Source: Minisyncoccota bacterium (GTDB lineage Bacteria; Patescibacteriota; Minisyncoccia; Phycocordibacterales; Phycocordibacteraceae). Taken from it: a stretch of 64,000 bases of DNA. Positions 35,884 to 44,073 of this stretch are shown here, one piece after another (within the stretch, counting starts at the first letter, position 1; every line of letters starts with the position of its first letter). The stretch spans positions 3,877 to 67,876 of the forward strand of contig DASPLK010000005.1 of NCBI GenBank assembly GCA_035627595.1, given 5' to 3'. Made by a program: the position numbers and the translations under genes. The notes below the pieces were generated by a model. That model had not been told where the DNA came from. It was given only the letters and a program-made list of their open reading frames with translations, and ran no database searches.

Positions 35884-36353
35884 GCAACGGACATGCTCTT
35901 AAGGTCCTCGAGTACCTCTGCAGCATGCCCTTCTGGCTTCACATTCTCATACACCTTTCGTATGACGCCTTGAGGATCAACTAAAAATGAAGTGCGCAGA
36001 ATGCCTTCGTATTCCCTCCCCATAAATTTCTTATCTCCCCACACGCCGTACGCATCAATTGCGACCCTCTCCTCGTCCGCCAAAAGCGGGAATGCGAGCT
36101 CGTACTTTTGAGCAAACTTCTTATGGCTTTTGACGCTATCAGCGGATATGCCGAGCACCACCGCACCCAAAGAGGAGAGATCTGGGTCCGCGTCTCGGAT
36201 AGCGCACGCTTCTTTGGTGCAACCAGGCGTATCGTCTTTCGGATAGAAATAGACCAGCACCCACTTTCCGCGGTACTGGCGAAGTGCGTGTATAACTCCA
36301 TCCTGGTCTGGAAGTGCAAAATCGGGAGCGGCTGTATCTACGGTTGGAATCAT
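35880..36353 (-). CDS. bcp: peroxiredoxin Bcp (PrxQ)
   Basis: FYPKDDTPGCTKEACA active site, about 157 aa from MIPTVD. Confidence 0.85.
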   Translation of the reverse strand: MIPTVDTAAPDFALPDQDGVIHALRQYRGKWVLVYFYPKDDTPGCTKEACAIRDADPDLSSLGAVVLGISADSVKSHKKFAQKYELAFPLLADEERVAIDAYGVWGDKKFMGREYEGILRTSFLVDPQGVIRKVYENVKPEGHAAEVLEDLKSMSVA

Positions 36354-36355
36354 AC

Positions 36356-37510
36356 CTATTCGTCGCGCCTCCACGCGAAGCGGTACGCGATCTTAGCAAG
36401 CGCGCCGGCACAAACGATCATAAATAGGAACACCACTAGTCCGCCAACGACAGGTATGAGGGTAAGAAGATAGAGGAGGAACATACCGAGGACCGCAGCC
36501 TTCCATGTTGTCTGGGTGCGGTTCGTCGCCACCTTAAGAAGTGCAGAGCCGGCTAGGAGTGCGGCGTACACGTATGCGAGCATGATAAGGAGAAGATAGA
36601 GCGCGAGGAGTATCAGCGCGACTCCAATACCAACGAAAGAAACCATGAGGAGGATGAGAAGTACTGGGGTTGCAACAAAGAGCGCGAACCCAAGAAGCGC
36701 GAGCATCAGGAGACGGCGAGGCTCCCTGATGAGCGTCATGGCAATCATGCGCTCCGAGAGACGCGGGAAGAGACCAACCACAAGCCCTGCGGCGACCAAT
36801 GCCGCGAGCGCTTTCACGAGGAAGAACACGCCAGCACCAGCAAGCGCATAGCGCGCAGCTTCCTCCTGTGATGGTAGATATGTCGCGGCTCCCGTGTATA
36901 CCGCACCACCCTCTATGACCGCTCCCTGTGCTATGGTCGCCTCTTGCGGCGCGTTGTAGCGGAATGCGCCTTTAATGCGCGTGCCATCCGCGACCGTAAC
37001 GCGGTCACTTGCTGAGACGGAAATATTTCCTGAGAACTCTCCAGCGATAAACACATCGCTTCCGTATACGGTGACGTTCCCCGTCGCACCTTGCGTGATG
37101 CGCACCGTTCCGCCCATGACCTGTATATCGCGCGCGGGGGCACTTACGAGGACCACGCCGCCAAGTGCTGCGACATCGCCTGCTACCGGAGCGCTGATGA
37201 TGACGCGCGCGCCAGCTGCGCGCGCGTCTCCTTCGACAGCGGCATCGATATCAAGCGTACCGCCAGCAAGTAGGACATCGCCTGCTACTGGCGCTTCGAT
37301 AACAATGTTTGCTCCGACTGCGGATAGATCAGCAGGAACAGGTGCTCGAACGGTAACGCTCGAGCCTGCCAGATAGGTATTCCCTGCCGGGACCTCGGAA
37401 AGTATGAGGTCGCGCTCGCCCTCGAGCGTAGCACCGAGTACGAGCCCCGGCGTTAGGAGGATGACGGCCATCAGTAGGAAACCGCGCATCATATGCATAT
37501 ATGGTATCAC
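36356..37510 (-). CDS. bactofilin-like beta-helical repeat domain fused to a multi-TM C-terminal domain
   Basis: Signal peptide, then repeated V-x-A-P-V-A-G-D-V/GG-T-L-D-I repeats typical of polymer-forming bactofilin-like folds, then about five TM helices. Its stop lies 2 nt from the bcp start. Confidence 0.5.
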   Translation of the reverse strand: MIPYMHMMRGFLLMAVILLTPGLVLGATLEGERDLILSEVPAGNTYLAGSSVTVRAPVPADLSAVGANIVIEAPVAGDVLLAGGTLDIDAAVEGDARAAGARVIISAPVAGDVAALGGVVLVSAPARDIQVMGGTVRITQGATGNVTVYGSDVFIAGEFSGNISVSASDRVTVADGTRIKGAFRYNAPQEATIAQGAVIEGGAVYTGAATYLPSQEEAARYALAGAGVFFLVKALAALVAAGLVVGLFPRLSERMIAMTLIREPRRLLMLALLGFALFVATPVLLILLMVSFVGIGVALILLALYLLLIMLAYVYAALLAGSALLKVATNRTQTTWKAAVLGMFLLYLLTLIPVVGGLVVFLFMIVCAGALAKIAYRFAWRRDE

Positions 37511-37575
37511 GCATGATCTCGAGGTCTACCCAGACCTTCACGGCCGCTTCCCCTATGGAATAGTATGGAACATAT

Positions 37576-37977
37576 ATGGATTCTACTGATGAAAAGGCTT
37601 GGAAAGAGAGGCTGAGCGAGGAGGAGTATCGCATTCTTAGAGAACACGGGACCGAGGCACCTTTCTCGGGTGCGCATTTAGATAATCACGAATCGGGCAT
37701 GTACCGCTGCAAGGCTTGTGGCACCGCTCTTTTCTCCTCTGATGCAAAGTTTGAGTCTGGGAGCGGCTGGCCTTCCTTCACTGATCCTGCGGTCGCGGAA
37801 AATGTCGGCCTGCGCGAGGACGCCAGCTACGGCATGCAACGCACAGAGGTCTTTTGTAAGAACTGCGGTGGGCACCTCGGACACCTATTCTATGACGGGC
37901 CGAAAGAAGCGGGCGGCAAGCGCTATTGCATCAACTCGGTGAGTCTTGAGTTTGAGAAGGAGTCTCGCACCCAATAA
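37576..37977 (+). CDS. msrB: peptide-methionine (R)-S-oxide reductase MsrB
   Basis: CKACGTALF, GWPSF and CKNCGGHLGHLF motifs, the last carrying the catalytic Cys. Confidence 0.9.
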   Translation: MDSTDEKAWKERLSEEEYRILREHGTEAPFSGAHLDNHESGMYRCKACGTALFSSDAKFESGSGWPSFTDPAVAENVGLREDASYGMQRTEVFCKNCGGHLGHLFYDGPKEAGGKRYCINSVSLEFEKESRTQ

Positions 37978-38935
37978 CGGTTCTACCGTCGCGTTCCATC
38001 TTCACCCGAGTCTCTTTGTATGAGAGTGTCGTATCGTCACGTACTTTCGTTGCAGTAACGGTCACTACAAGTCCGCAACTCACCTCTTCATTCCAGTACT
38101 GGTCAAATACAAAATTGCCGAGCGAATAGTATGCGCGCAACGTATCCATATCCTTCACAGAGCCAATTACATGTGGATGCGTTCCAATGACTAGGTTAGC
38201 GCCCGCATCCTTAAGCCGCGTAAGAAGTGCATCTATGCGCGGCGCAGGCTCCGTTGTGTACTCCTCACCCCAGTGCGCCATAACGACTATTAGATCCGCG
38301 CCGCTGCGTCTGGCGTCTCGTATTCCTTGCATCGTCCACTCCTCTTGCCATCCGAGGAATTCGTTATACCCGACGAATGCCGCCTTTATACCGTTCACCT
38401 CACGTACAACGGGTGCAATGTCTGCTCCGTTTGGGTCACCTATGTAGGCGATACCTGCATTTGTCAGATGGCGCTTTGTGCTTTCTACGCCTGATGCGCC
38501 GAAATCTCGCATATGATTGTTTCCAATCGAGACGAGATCAAATCCGAGCGACGAAAGCATGCTTGCTGAGGTCACGGGGAACGTGAAGCGCATATTATTC
38601 AGATCCCCTACTTTTGTACCCCCTGATACTGAGGCACTGTCTGTGATAGGTCCTTCAAGATTGCCCGCAGTCACATCCGCCTGTTCAAGGAGATCTCGAA
38701 CACCCCCAAAAACATGCATAGACCCTTTGGTCTGCAGCACTTGGCGTATGTACCTGTCGAGCATAATGTCGCCTACGAACACGAAGGTAGCGACCTGCTC
38801 TTCCGCGGGTTCTGCACTGGCGACCGACACATCAGAATGCTCCGCAATCGGGAACATGAAGAACAGAGATGCAAGGAGTACAGAGACTAATGGAACGGCA
38901 AGTATGGAGACTGCGTGCTCCTTGAAAAAGGTCAT
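37931..38935 (-). CDS. CapA-family (PGA_cap) metallophosphatase-fold protein
   Basis: Signal anchor followed by FVGDIMLDR...GNNH...HWGEEY...GTHPH motifs. Its 3' end overlaps msrB convergently by 47 nt. Confidence 0.72.
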   Translation of the reverse strand: MTFFKEHAVSILAVPLVSVLLASLFFMFPIAEHSDVSVASAEPAEEQVATFVFVGDIMLDRYIRQVLQTKGSMHVFGGVRDLLEQADVTAGNLEGPITDSASVSGGTKVGDLNNMRFTFPVTSASMLSSLGFDLVSIGNNHMRDFGASGVESTKRHLTNAGIAYIGDPNGADIAPVVREVNGIKAAFVGYNEFLGWQEEWTMQGIRDARRSGADLIVVMAHWGEEYTTEPAPRIDALLTRLKDAGANLVIGTHPHVIGSVKDMDTLRAYYSLGNFVFDQYWNEEVSCGLVVTVTATKVRDDTTLSYKETRVKMERDGRTVIGCETPSQTQDSPS

Positions 38936-39369
38936 AGGCGATGTCCGTACAGACGAAGTGCGCTCGGGAGCTGCGAGTGCAGGGGTTCAGGAAGTGCGTC
39001 AAGCGCAAACCATTGGATGTCATCAAACTTATGCGGTTCGCCATTTTGTACCTGAGCGCGATCTATACGCACCTTAAAATCAAGCGCTATCCAGTGTGTT
39101 TTCTCTCCCGCGTGTTCGCGATGCACATCGCGGTACCCGAGAAACTCGTACTCAAGCACGTCCGTGCAAAGCTCCTCCCGTATCTCCTTACGAAGGGTGT
39201 TCTCAACGGAGTCGTGAAGCTCGACCGCGCCAGCCCCGCCGTCCCAGGCACCGTGTTCATCACGACAGTTCGTGCTTCGCTTTTGAAGAAGATAGTTGCC
39301 TTCGCCGTCATGGCAGAGGTACGTAACGGTAATACCAATGTGATCGATTCCCTTTCTCATATGTGACAC
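38932..39369 (-). CDS. NUDIX hydrolase
   Basis: Nudix box GGAVELHDSVENTLRKEIREEL. Confidence 0.8.
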   Translation of the reverse strand: MSHMRKGIDHIGITVTYLCHDGEGNYLLQKRSTNCRDEHGAWDGGAGAVELHDSVENTLRKEIREELCTDVLEYEFLGYRDVHREHAGEKTHWIALDFKVRIDRAQVQNGEPHKFDDIQWFALDALPEPLHSQLPSALRLYGHRL

Positions 39370-39824
39370 GCTGCTTCGGGATGCTTTTCTGCATACCGCT
39401 GGTGGTATTCCTCAGCTCGCCAAAACGCAACCGCGGGTGTTACCTCTGTGGCGATGGGCGCCTGGTACTTAGGCGCAACTTCTTGTGCGACGCGCTCTGC
39501 AACCTCTCTTTGATTCTCGCTCGTATAAAAAATAGCTGAGCGGTATTGGGTGCCGACATCGGGCCCCTGTCTATTTACCTGCGTCGGGTCATGTATCTCA
39601 AAGAATCTCTGCACGAGCGACTCGTACGGAACGATGGAAGAATCGAAGAGCACATGTACCGCCTCGGCGTGTCCGGTCGCACCGGTGCACACCTGCTCGT
39701 ATGAAGGGTTCTCGCGTCTTCCGCCCGTATACCCGGACTCTACATCGATTACGCCAGGGACACTGCGAAAAGCCGCCTCCACTCCCCAGAAACACCCTGC
39801 TGCAAATACCGCTTCTTCCTGCAT
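39357..39824 (-). CDS. msrA: peptide-methionine (S)-S-oxide reductase MsrA
   Basis: AVFAAGCFWGVEAAF active-site motif. Confidence 0.9.
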   Translation of the reverse strand: MQEEAVFAAGCFWGVEAAFRSVPGVIDVESGYTGGRRENPSYEQVCTGATGHAEAVHVLFDSSIVPYESLVQRFFEIHDPTQVNRQGPDVGTQYRSAIFYTSENQREVAERVAQEVAPKYQAPIATEVTPAVAFWRAEEYHQRYAEKHPEAACHI

Positions 39825-40006
39825 GTAACCAGTATATCTCCCAGAAGGTTATAGGGGGTAGAGCGCCTTCCTCTTTGACAGCCTGCCGGACACCTCTCCC
39901 CATATCGGCAGGTATCTCCTGCCCGTATGGGGGGAGGAAGCAAGACGATGAGCGTCTTTGCGCGCGCTGGTCCCGCGCGTATAACGCCCTCCCCGATTAT
40001 CCACCC

Positions 40007-40228
40007 ATGCCATTCTTTCAGGCACTCGGGCTCGGGGTTGCAATCATCGTCTTGAAGCTTCTTACCCCCGTGCTCTTTTCCGAAATAGAAGCCACTGCCA
40101 TTCTTTTTCTGCGAGGCGCGCAGACCAGTGCTACAGCTGCCACAGAGCTCGCTGCTAGTGTCGGGCAAGTAAGGGTCGATAACGAGAGCCCTCTGGTACT
40201 GCCGCGCGCACCGCAGATACGCGAATAG
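40007..40228 (+). CDS. possible small membrane or hypothetical protein (73 aa)
   Basis: ATG 40007 (MPFFQALGLGVAIIVLKLL...) with a stop 2 nt before a strong bidirectional terminator. No SD. Low confidence; this could instead be a noncoding leader. Confidence 0.3.
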   Translation: MPFFQALGLGVAIIVLKLLTPVLFSEIEATAILFLRGAQTSATAATELAASVGQVRVDNESPLVLPRAPQIRE

Positions 40229-40229
40229 C

Positions 40230-40261
40230 AAACGGGCCGGACACAATTGTCCGGCCCGTTT
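40230..40261. terminator. bidirectional terminator hairpin
   Basis: AAACGGGCCGG(ACACAATTGT)CCGGCCCGTTT. Confidence 0.65.
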
Positions 40262-40271
40262 CCATTAAGCA

Positions 40272-40640
40272 CTAGTCCTGCTTCTTTGCCAGGAAGCTGC
40301 TGCCGATGAGAAGAACGGCAAGACCGACATGGAGCCAGTGGTCTGCATGATTCATATGAACGATGCCCAGGAGTTCTCCCTCTTCCGGAATCATGAGGAA
40401 GCCGAGCACCGCCAGCACGAGATACACGATACCGAGTATCATGAGCCACAGCGCCGAGGCTGCTTCATTTTTGAATGCGACCACAAGGAGAATCACACCG
40501 AACAATAGGTGCACGAGATTGTGCATGAGGTCGGTCTCGAACAAGGCACCTTCAGGGCCTACGAGCGGGTTTGGCACGAAGCCAAGGAGGCCGACAAGTA
40601 CGAACATGGCACCAAATACAATTGCGAGCGTTTTAGCCAT
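40272..40640 (-). CDS. DUF4383-like small membrane protein
   Basis: 122 aa with four TM helices; the N-terminus MAKTLAIVFGAMFVLVGLLGF. Confidence 0.5.
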   Translation of the reverse strand: MAKTLAIVFGAMFVLVGLLGFVPNPLVGPEGALFETDLMHNLVHLLFGVILLVVAFKNEAASALWLMILGIVYLVLAVLGFLMIPEEGELLGIVHMNHADHWLHVGLAVLLIGSSFLAKKQD

Positions 40641-40698
40641 ACAGAGGGTATCCGTTACTTTCTAAGGAATGCTCCGGAGCTAAGTATAGGCAGCGTCG

Positions 40699-41166
40699 CT
40701 AAATGCCAGATGAAGAGCCCTGGCCTCCTTTAAATGCGTTGGTTCCCTCCTTTTCCCGCTGATGTATCTCTTCCTCTGTAAGCCCAAAATAGTGGCCGAC
40801 CTCATGCCAGAGCGTCTCTGCGGTTACTCGGCGTATCGCCTCGTCAAATGTCTCTTCGCCATGCAGATCCTCCCGCGCCTCATCAAGAATGGGGAGACGA
40901 TAAAGCGTTATGGTATCCGGCAGGGTCATGCCGATCCCGTATCCCTCCCCGCGCTCAGTGTTTGGTATACCGCGGTATATGCCTAAGAGCGTTCCTTCTT
41001 CGACACCCTCCTCTACGAGCTCTGCGTCAGTCGGCGCATCTTCAACAAGAAGCGCCACATTCACAATCCGCTCTTTGTAAGGGGATGGGACGTTGTCCCA
41101 CATCTCATATGCAAGCTTGCTAAAGGCTTCGCTATCCATACACGCGATTATTCCCCGTTTCGCCAT
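40699..41166 (-). CDS. zinc metallopeptidase-like protein (COG3824/MtfA-like HExxH)
   Basis: 155 aa with an AETLWHEVGHYFGL motif. Confidence 0.55.
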   Translation of the reverse strand: MAKRGIIACMDSEAFSKLAYEMWDNVPSPYKERIVNVALLVEDAPTDAELVEEGVEEGTLLGIYRGIPNTERGEGYGIGMTLPDTITLYRLPILDEAREDLHGEETFDEAIRRVTAETLWHEVGHYFGLTEEEIHQREKEGTNAFKGGQGSSSGI

Positions 41167-41178
41167 TCTCGTCCACGC

Positions 41179-41868
41179 ATGGTTTATACTTGGCGGATGC
41201 GTATCAAAGCAGCACGGTTCGCGAAGTTTGGCGGCATCGCCATAACACTTGGCGTTCTCATCATCATTACGGTTTTCTTTGACCTCGAAGCGCTCCGCGA
41301 TCAGATTGCAAAAGCAGGTGTTTGGGCGCCACTCCTATTTATCCTTCTCAAGGCATCGACGGTTGTGGTTGCGCCGTTGTCTGGCGGACCTCTATACCCT
41401 CTTATCGGCGCATTCTTCGGGTTTGGGCCCGGCCTTGTATACGCCATCATTGGTGACTTTATCGGCTATACCATCGCCTTCTTCATCAGCCGTAAGCTCG
41501 GCTACCCGGTCGTACGCAAGTTCATCGAGAGTAACGAGCGCAGTCTTCTACCAAAGATCGTTAAGCACGTGGGCACGCCTGCCGGATTCTTTCAAGCATG
41601 CATCTCGCTTGGGTTCGTACCGGACCTCCTTTCTTATGGCGCCGGTCTTTCAAAGCTTCCCTATCCTATATTCATCAGTATCATCGCACCGCTATCTGCG
41701 GTTGTTTCTACTGTGCTTGTACTCCTTGGCGCATCCTTTGGCGACGGGGACTCTGCAGCACACTTCCTTATTGTTCCTGTAGTCGCCATTCTCTGTATGT
41801 CGGTAGGCGGATACTTCTTCTTGCGAGCAGTTACGAAGAAGGACCCTGCGGAACCCCCTACGCTTTAG
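41179..41868 (+). CDS. TVP38/TMEM64 (DedA/SNARE-associated) family membrane protein
   Basis: Multi-TM protein with PLSGGPLYPLIGAFFG and the conserved DedA core. Its start lies 12 nt from the divergent gene's start. Confidence 0.7.
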   Translation: MVYTWRMRIKAARFAKFGGIAITLGVLIIITVFFDLEALRDQIAKAGVWAPLLFILLKASTVVVAPLSGGPLYPLIGAFFGFGPGLVYAIIGDFIGYTIAFFISRKLGYPVVRKFIESNERSLLPKIVKHVGTPAGFFQACISLGFVPDLLSYGAGLSKLPYPIFISIIAPLSAVVSTVLVLLGASFGDGDSAAHFLIVPVVAILCMSVGGYFFLRAVTKKDPAEPPTL

Positions 41869-42395
41869 GAAGCGAATGTCGTGAACGCAGCAAGCGCTTT
41901 GTCGATATGCGCGAGCGTGTCTTCATCTACGAACCTGCCGTCCTGAACCTTATCTTGTGCAAACCCGACATAGAACTCAGGTTGGCCTAGTACGCGCGCA
42001 TCGAGGTAGAGAAGAATCTTCTTAAGCTCATACTGCGCAAGTGCGGTGGAAATGTTTCCGACAGACGCGCCGGCGATAAAGACAGGCTTCCCGACCCAGG
42101 CATTGTCGCCATAAGGGCGGCTTGTCCAGTCTATAAAGTTCTTCAACGCTGCCGTCGTTGAGCGATTGTGCTCAGGTGTCACCAGGATGACTCCGTCTGC
42201 ATTACGAATATCAGCCTTCACGCGAGACACCTCCTCAGGGAATGAGACCTCAAGGTCTTGGTTGTAGAGCGGAAATTGGATATCTCCCAACACAAGTGTT
42301 GTATCTTCGGGTGCGCGGTCAACAAACGCGCGAGCAAGTGCGGTGTTGTATGAGTCCTTACGTAGGCTTCCGGAAAAAACTAGAAATGTACGCAT
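41865..42395 (-). CDS. NAD(P)H-dependent FMN reductase (flavodoxin-like fold)
   Basis: VFSGSLRKDSYNTALARAF N-terminus, 176 aa from MRTF. Confidence 0.78.
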   Translation of the reverse strand: MRTFLVFSGSLRKDSYNTALARAFVDRAPEDTTLVLGDIQFPLYNQDLEVSFPEEVSRVKADIRNADGVILVTPEHNRSTTAALKNFIDWTSRPYGDNAWVGKPVFIAGASVGNISTALAQYELKKILLYLDARVLGQPEFYVGFAQDKVQDGRFVDEDTLAHIDKALAAFTTFAS

Positions 42396-42454
42396 ATGTG
42401 TATAGTTAAGGTCTTTTAATACCACGTGCGTAATGAAGACTAAGTGTGCATAAC

Positions 42455-42480
42455 AAAAGCGCCCCAGTTGGGGCGCTTTT
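42455..42480. terminator. bidirectional intrinsic terminator
   Basis: AAAAGCGCCCC(AGTT)GGGGCGCTTTT. Confidence 0.75.
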
Positions 42481-42500
42481 GCAGAACCAGTGAACTTTAA

Positions 42501-43187
42501 CTAGAGCTCTGCTTCAATAGCGGCCTTCACTACATCATAAGGCTGTGCGCCGTTGATGAAGGTAGTACCCAGAATGGAGCCAGGAGTGCCCTGGATACCA
42601 AGCCTCACACCCTCCTCATAGTCTGCGTCGATAGCAGCCTGGTACTCGGCCTTCTTATCGTTCATCAAGCGCTCGACGCGATCAGCATCCACGCCTTCAA
42701 TAGCAGCTGCGAGAGCCTTTACGTTTGGAAGCGTCTCGTCAGTGATACCCGCGACTGCCGTGTGCCACGCATTGAAGTGCTCAGGATATGCCTCCCACAT
42801 AGCGCGACCGAAGAGTGCCGTATTAGTTGAGTCCGGGCCCTGGAACTGGAAGTCCTTGAGGACGATACGGACCTTGCCCGTGTCAACGTAATCGCGCTTA
42901 ACCTGCGATAGGGTTTCGGTCTCAAACGACTTGCAGAATGGGCACTGGTAGTCGTACCAGACCGCCATAGTTACAGGCGCGGTCGGGCTACCGATGTATG
43001 GCGACCCTGCGGTCGTTACATTTTTAATATCAACCTCCATCTGCTGCGGCGCCTCGCCGCCGAGATCTGCTGTACGTGGTGCACCATTACCACCGAAGTA
43101 GAACGCTCCGCCTAGGATGAGCGCGCCTACGACAATGGAAAGCTGCATTGAATATTTCTCCCAGAAACTAGTTCCCTTCTCGGTCAT
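42501..43187 (-). CDS. DsbA-family thiol:disulfide oxidoreductase, membrane-anchored
   Basis: TM anchor followed by a WYDYQCPFCKSF CxxC motif. Confidence 0.8.
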   Translation of the reverse strand: MTEKGTSFWEKYSMQLSIVVGALILGGAFYFGGNGAPRTADLGGEAPQQMEVDIKNVTTAGSPYIGSPTAPVTMAVWYDYQCPFCKSFETETLSQVKRDYVDTGKVRIVLKDFQFQGPDSTNTALFGRAMWEAYPEHFNAWHTAVAGITDETLPNVKALAAAIEGVDADRVERLMNDKKAEYQAAIDADYEEGVRLGIQGTPGSILGTTFINGAQPYDVVKAAIEAEL

Positions 43188-43258
43188 ACGTAAATGCGTA
43201 GATACTTAGTAGCAACCCTACTAGGATACCCCCTTGCCGCCCGTTCCCAAAGCGGGGA

Positions 43259-43684
43259 CTATGCGGCTTTCTTTGTGGTTTTGGTCGCTTTCTTTGCAGA
43301 TTTCTTAACGGCTTTCTTTGCGGTGCTCCCTGCCGAATCCAGCTCTCGTCCAAGCTCCTGCCAGTTCTTCTTTAATTCTTTCGCGGCAGCCTTAAGTTCC
43401 TGGGCATCCACGTTTCTTGCGCCGACATAAGCGGCTGCGGCAGTGTCTACGATCGCAGCAACTGAGTGCTTATCCAGCTTCTTGAGCTTTTTTGTCTCCT
43501 TTAGCACATCTGCCTTCATGCCCCGCGCCCACTTGGCAGCGGCAGCGCGATGTTTCTTCGCATCCTTTGCACCATAGAAGTAGTATGTCGCCGCTGCGGC
43601 GGCACCAGCAGCAACTATTCCCGCTCCTATTTCTGCGGCAATAATCGCATCTTTGTTCTTTGTACTTCCTTTCTTTGTTGCCAT
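43259..43684 (-). CDS. Ala/Lys-rich hypothetical protein (YtxH-like?)
   Basis: 141 aa, low-complexity K/A-rich with an N-terminal hydrophobic stretch. Confidence 0.45.
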   Translation of the reverse strand: MATKKGSTKNKDAIIAAEIGAGIVAAGAAAAATYYFYGAKDAKKHRAAAAKWARGMKADVLKETKKLKKLDKHSVAAIVDTAAAAYVGARNVDAQELKAAAKELKKNWQELGRELDSAGSTAKKAVKKSAKKATKTTKKAA

Positions 43685-43703
43685 AAGTATTACGTTTTAC
43701 TCG

Positions 43704-43976
43704 CTACCGCAGATTCGTGATCAGACGCCTTCCTGCCTTTGTTACGAGCGAAAGAAGATTTCCCACTTTGAACCCTTCTATCCGCGCCTTCGCGCGCACA
43801 TCATCGATGTCGCTGATAATCGCCTTGGCCTCACCCTCCACGTCGCGCGCAATTCGTTCGAGAGTTCTCAGGAGCCGCACGACGTAAAAGAGCACGAGCG
43901 CAATAAGTGCGCCAATGACGATGACCACGATAGTCGTCACGATAAAGAAGATGTCCATCTGTAGAAATGCGTCCAT
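43704..43976 (-). CDS. DUF948-like small membrane protein
   Basis: 90 aa with an N-terminal TM helix and an amphipathic tail. Confidence 0.5.
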   Translation of the reverse strand: MDAFLQMDIFFIVTTIVVIVIGALIALVLFYVVRLLRTLERIARDVEGEAKAIISDIDDVRAKARIEGFKVGNLLSLVTKAGRRLITNLR

Positions 43977-44033
43977 GTCTGCCGGCTAATGTTCGCAGTA
44001 TCGGCTGAAAGAGCTGTAGCACGCATGAATAGC

Positions 44034-44069
44034 AAAAGAGCGCTCCGTGTTGGAGCGCTCTTTTGTTTT
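44034..44069. terminator. bidirectional intrinsic terminator downstream of the helicase gene
   Basis: AAAAGAGCGCTCC(GTGT)GGAGCGCTCTTTTGTTTT. Confidence 0.75.
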
Positions 44070-44073
44070 AGGC

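Noticed and set aside
39701-40246. 175-aa + and 165-aa - ORFs spanning the msrA 5' region and downstream gap
   Set aside because: They overlap the msrA start antisense. Only the terminal 73-codon segment (40007-40228) is independent of msrA and ends at a terminator; it was kept at low confidence.
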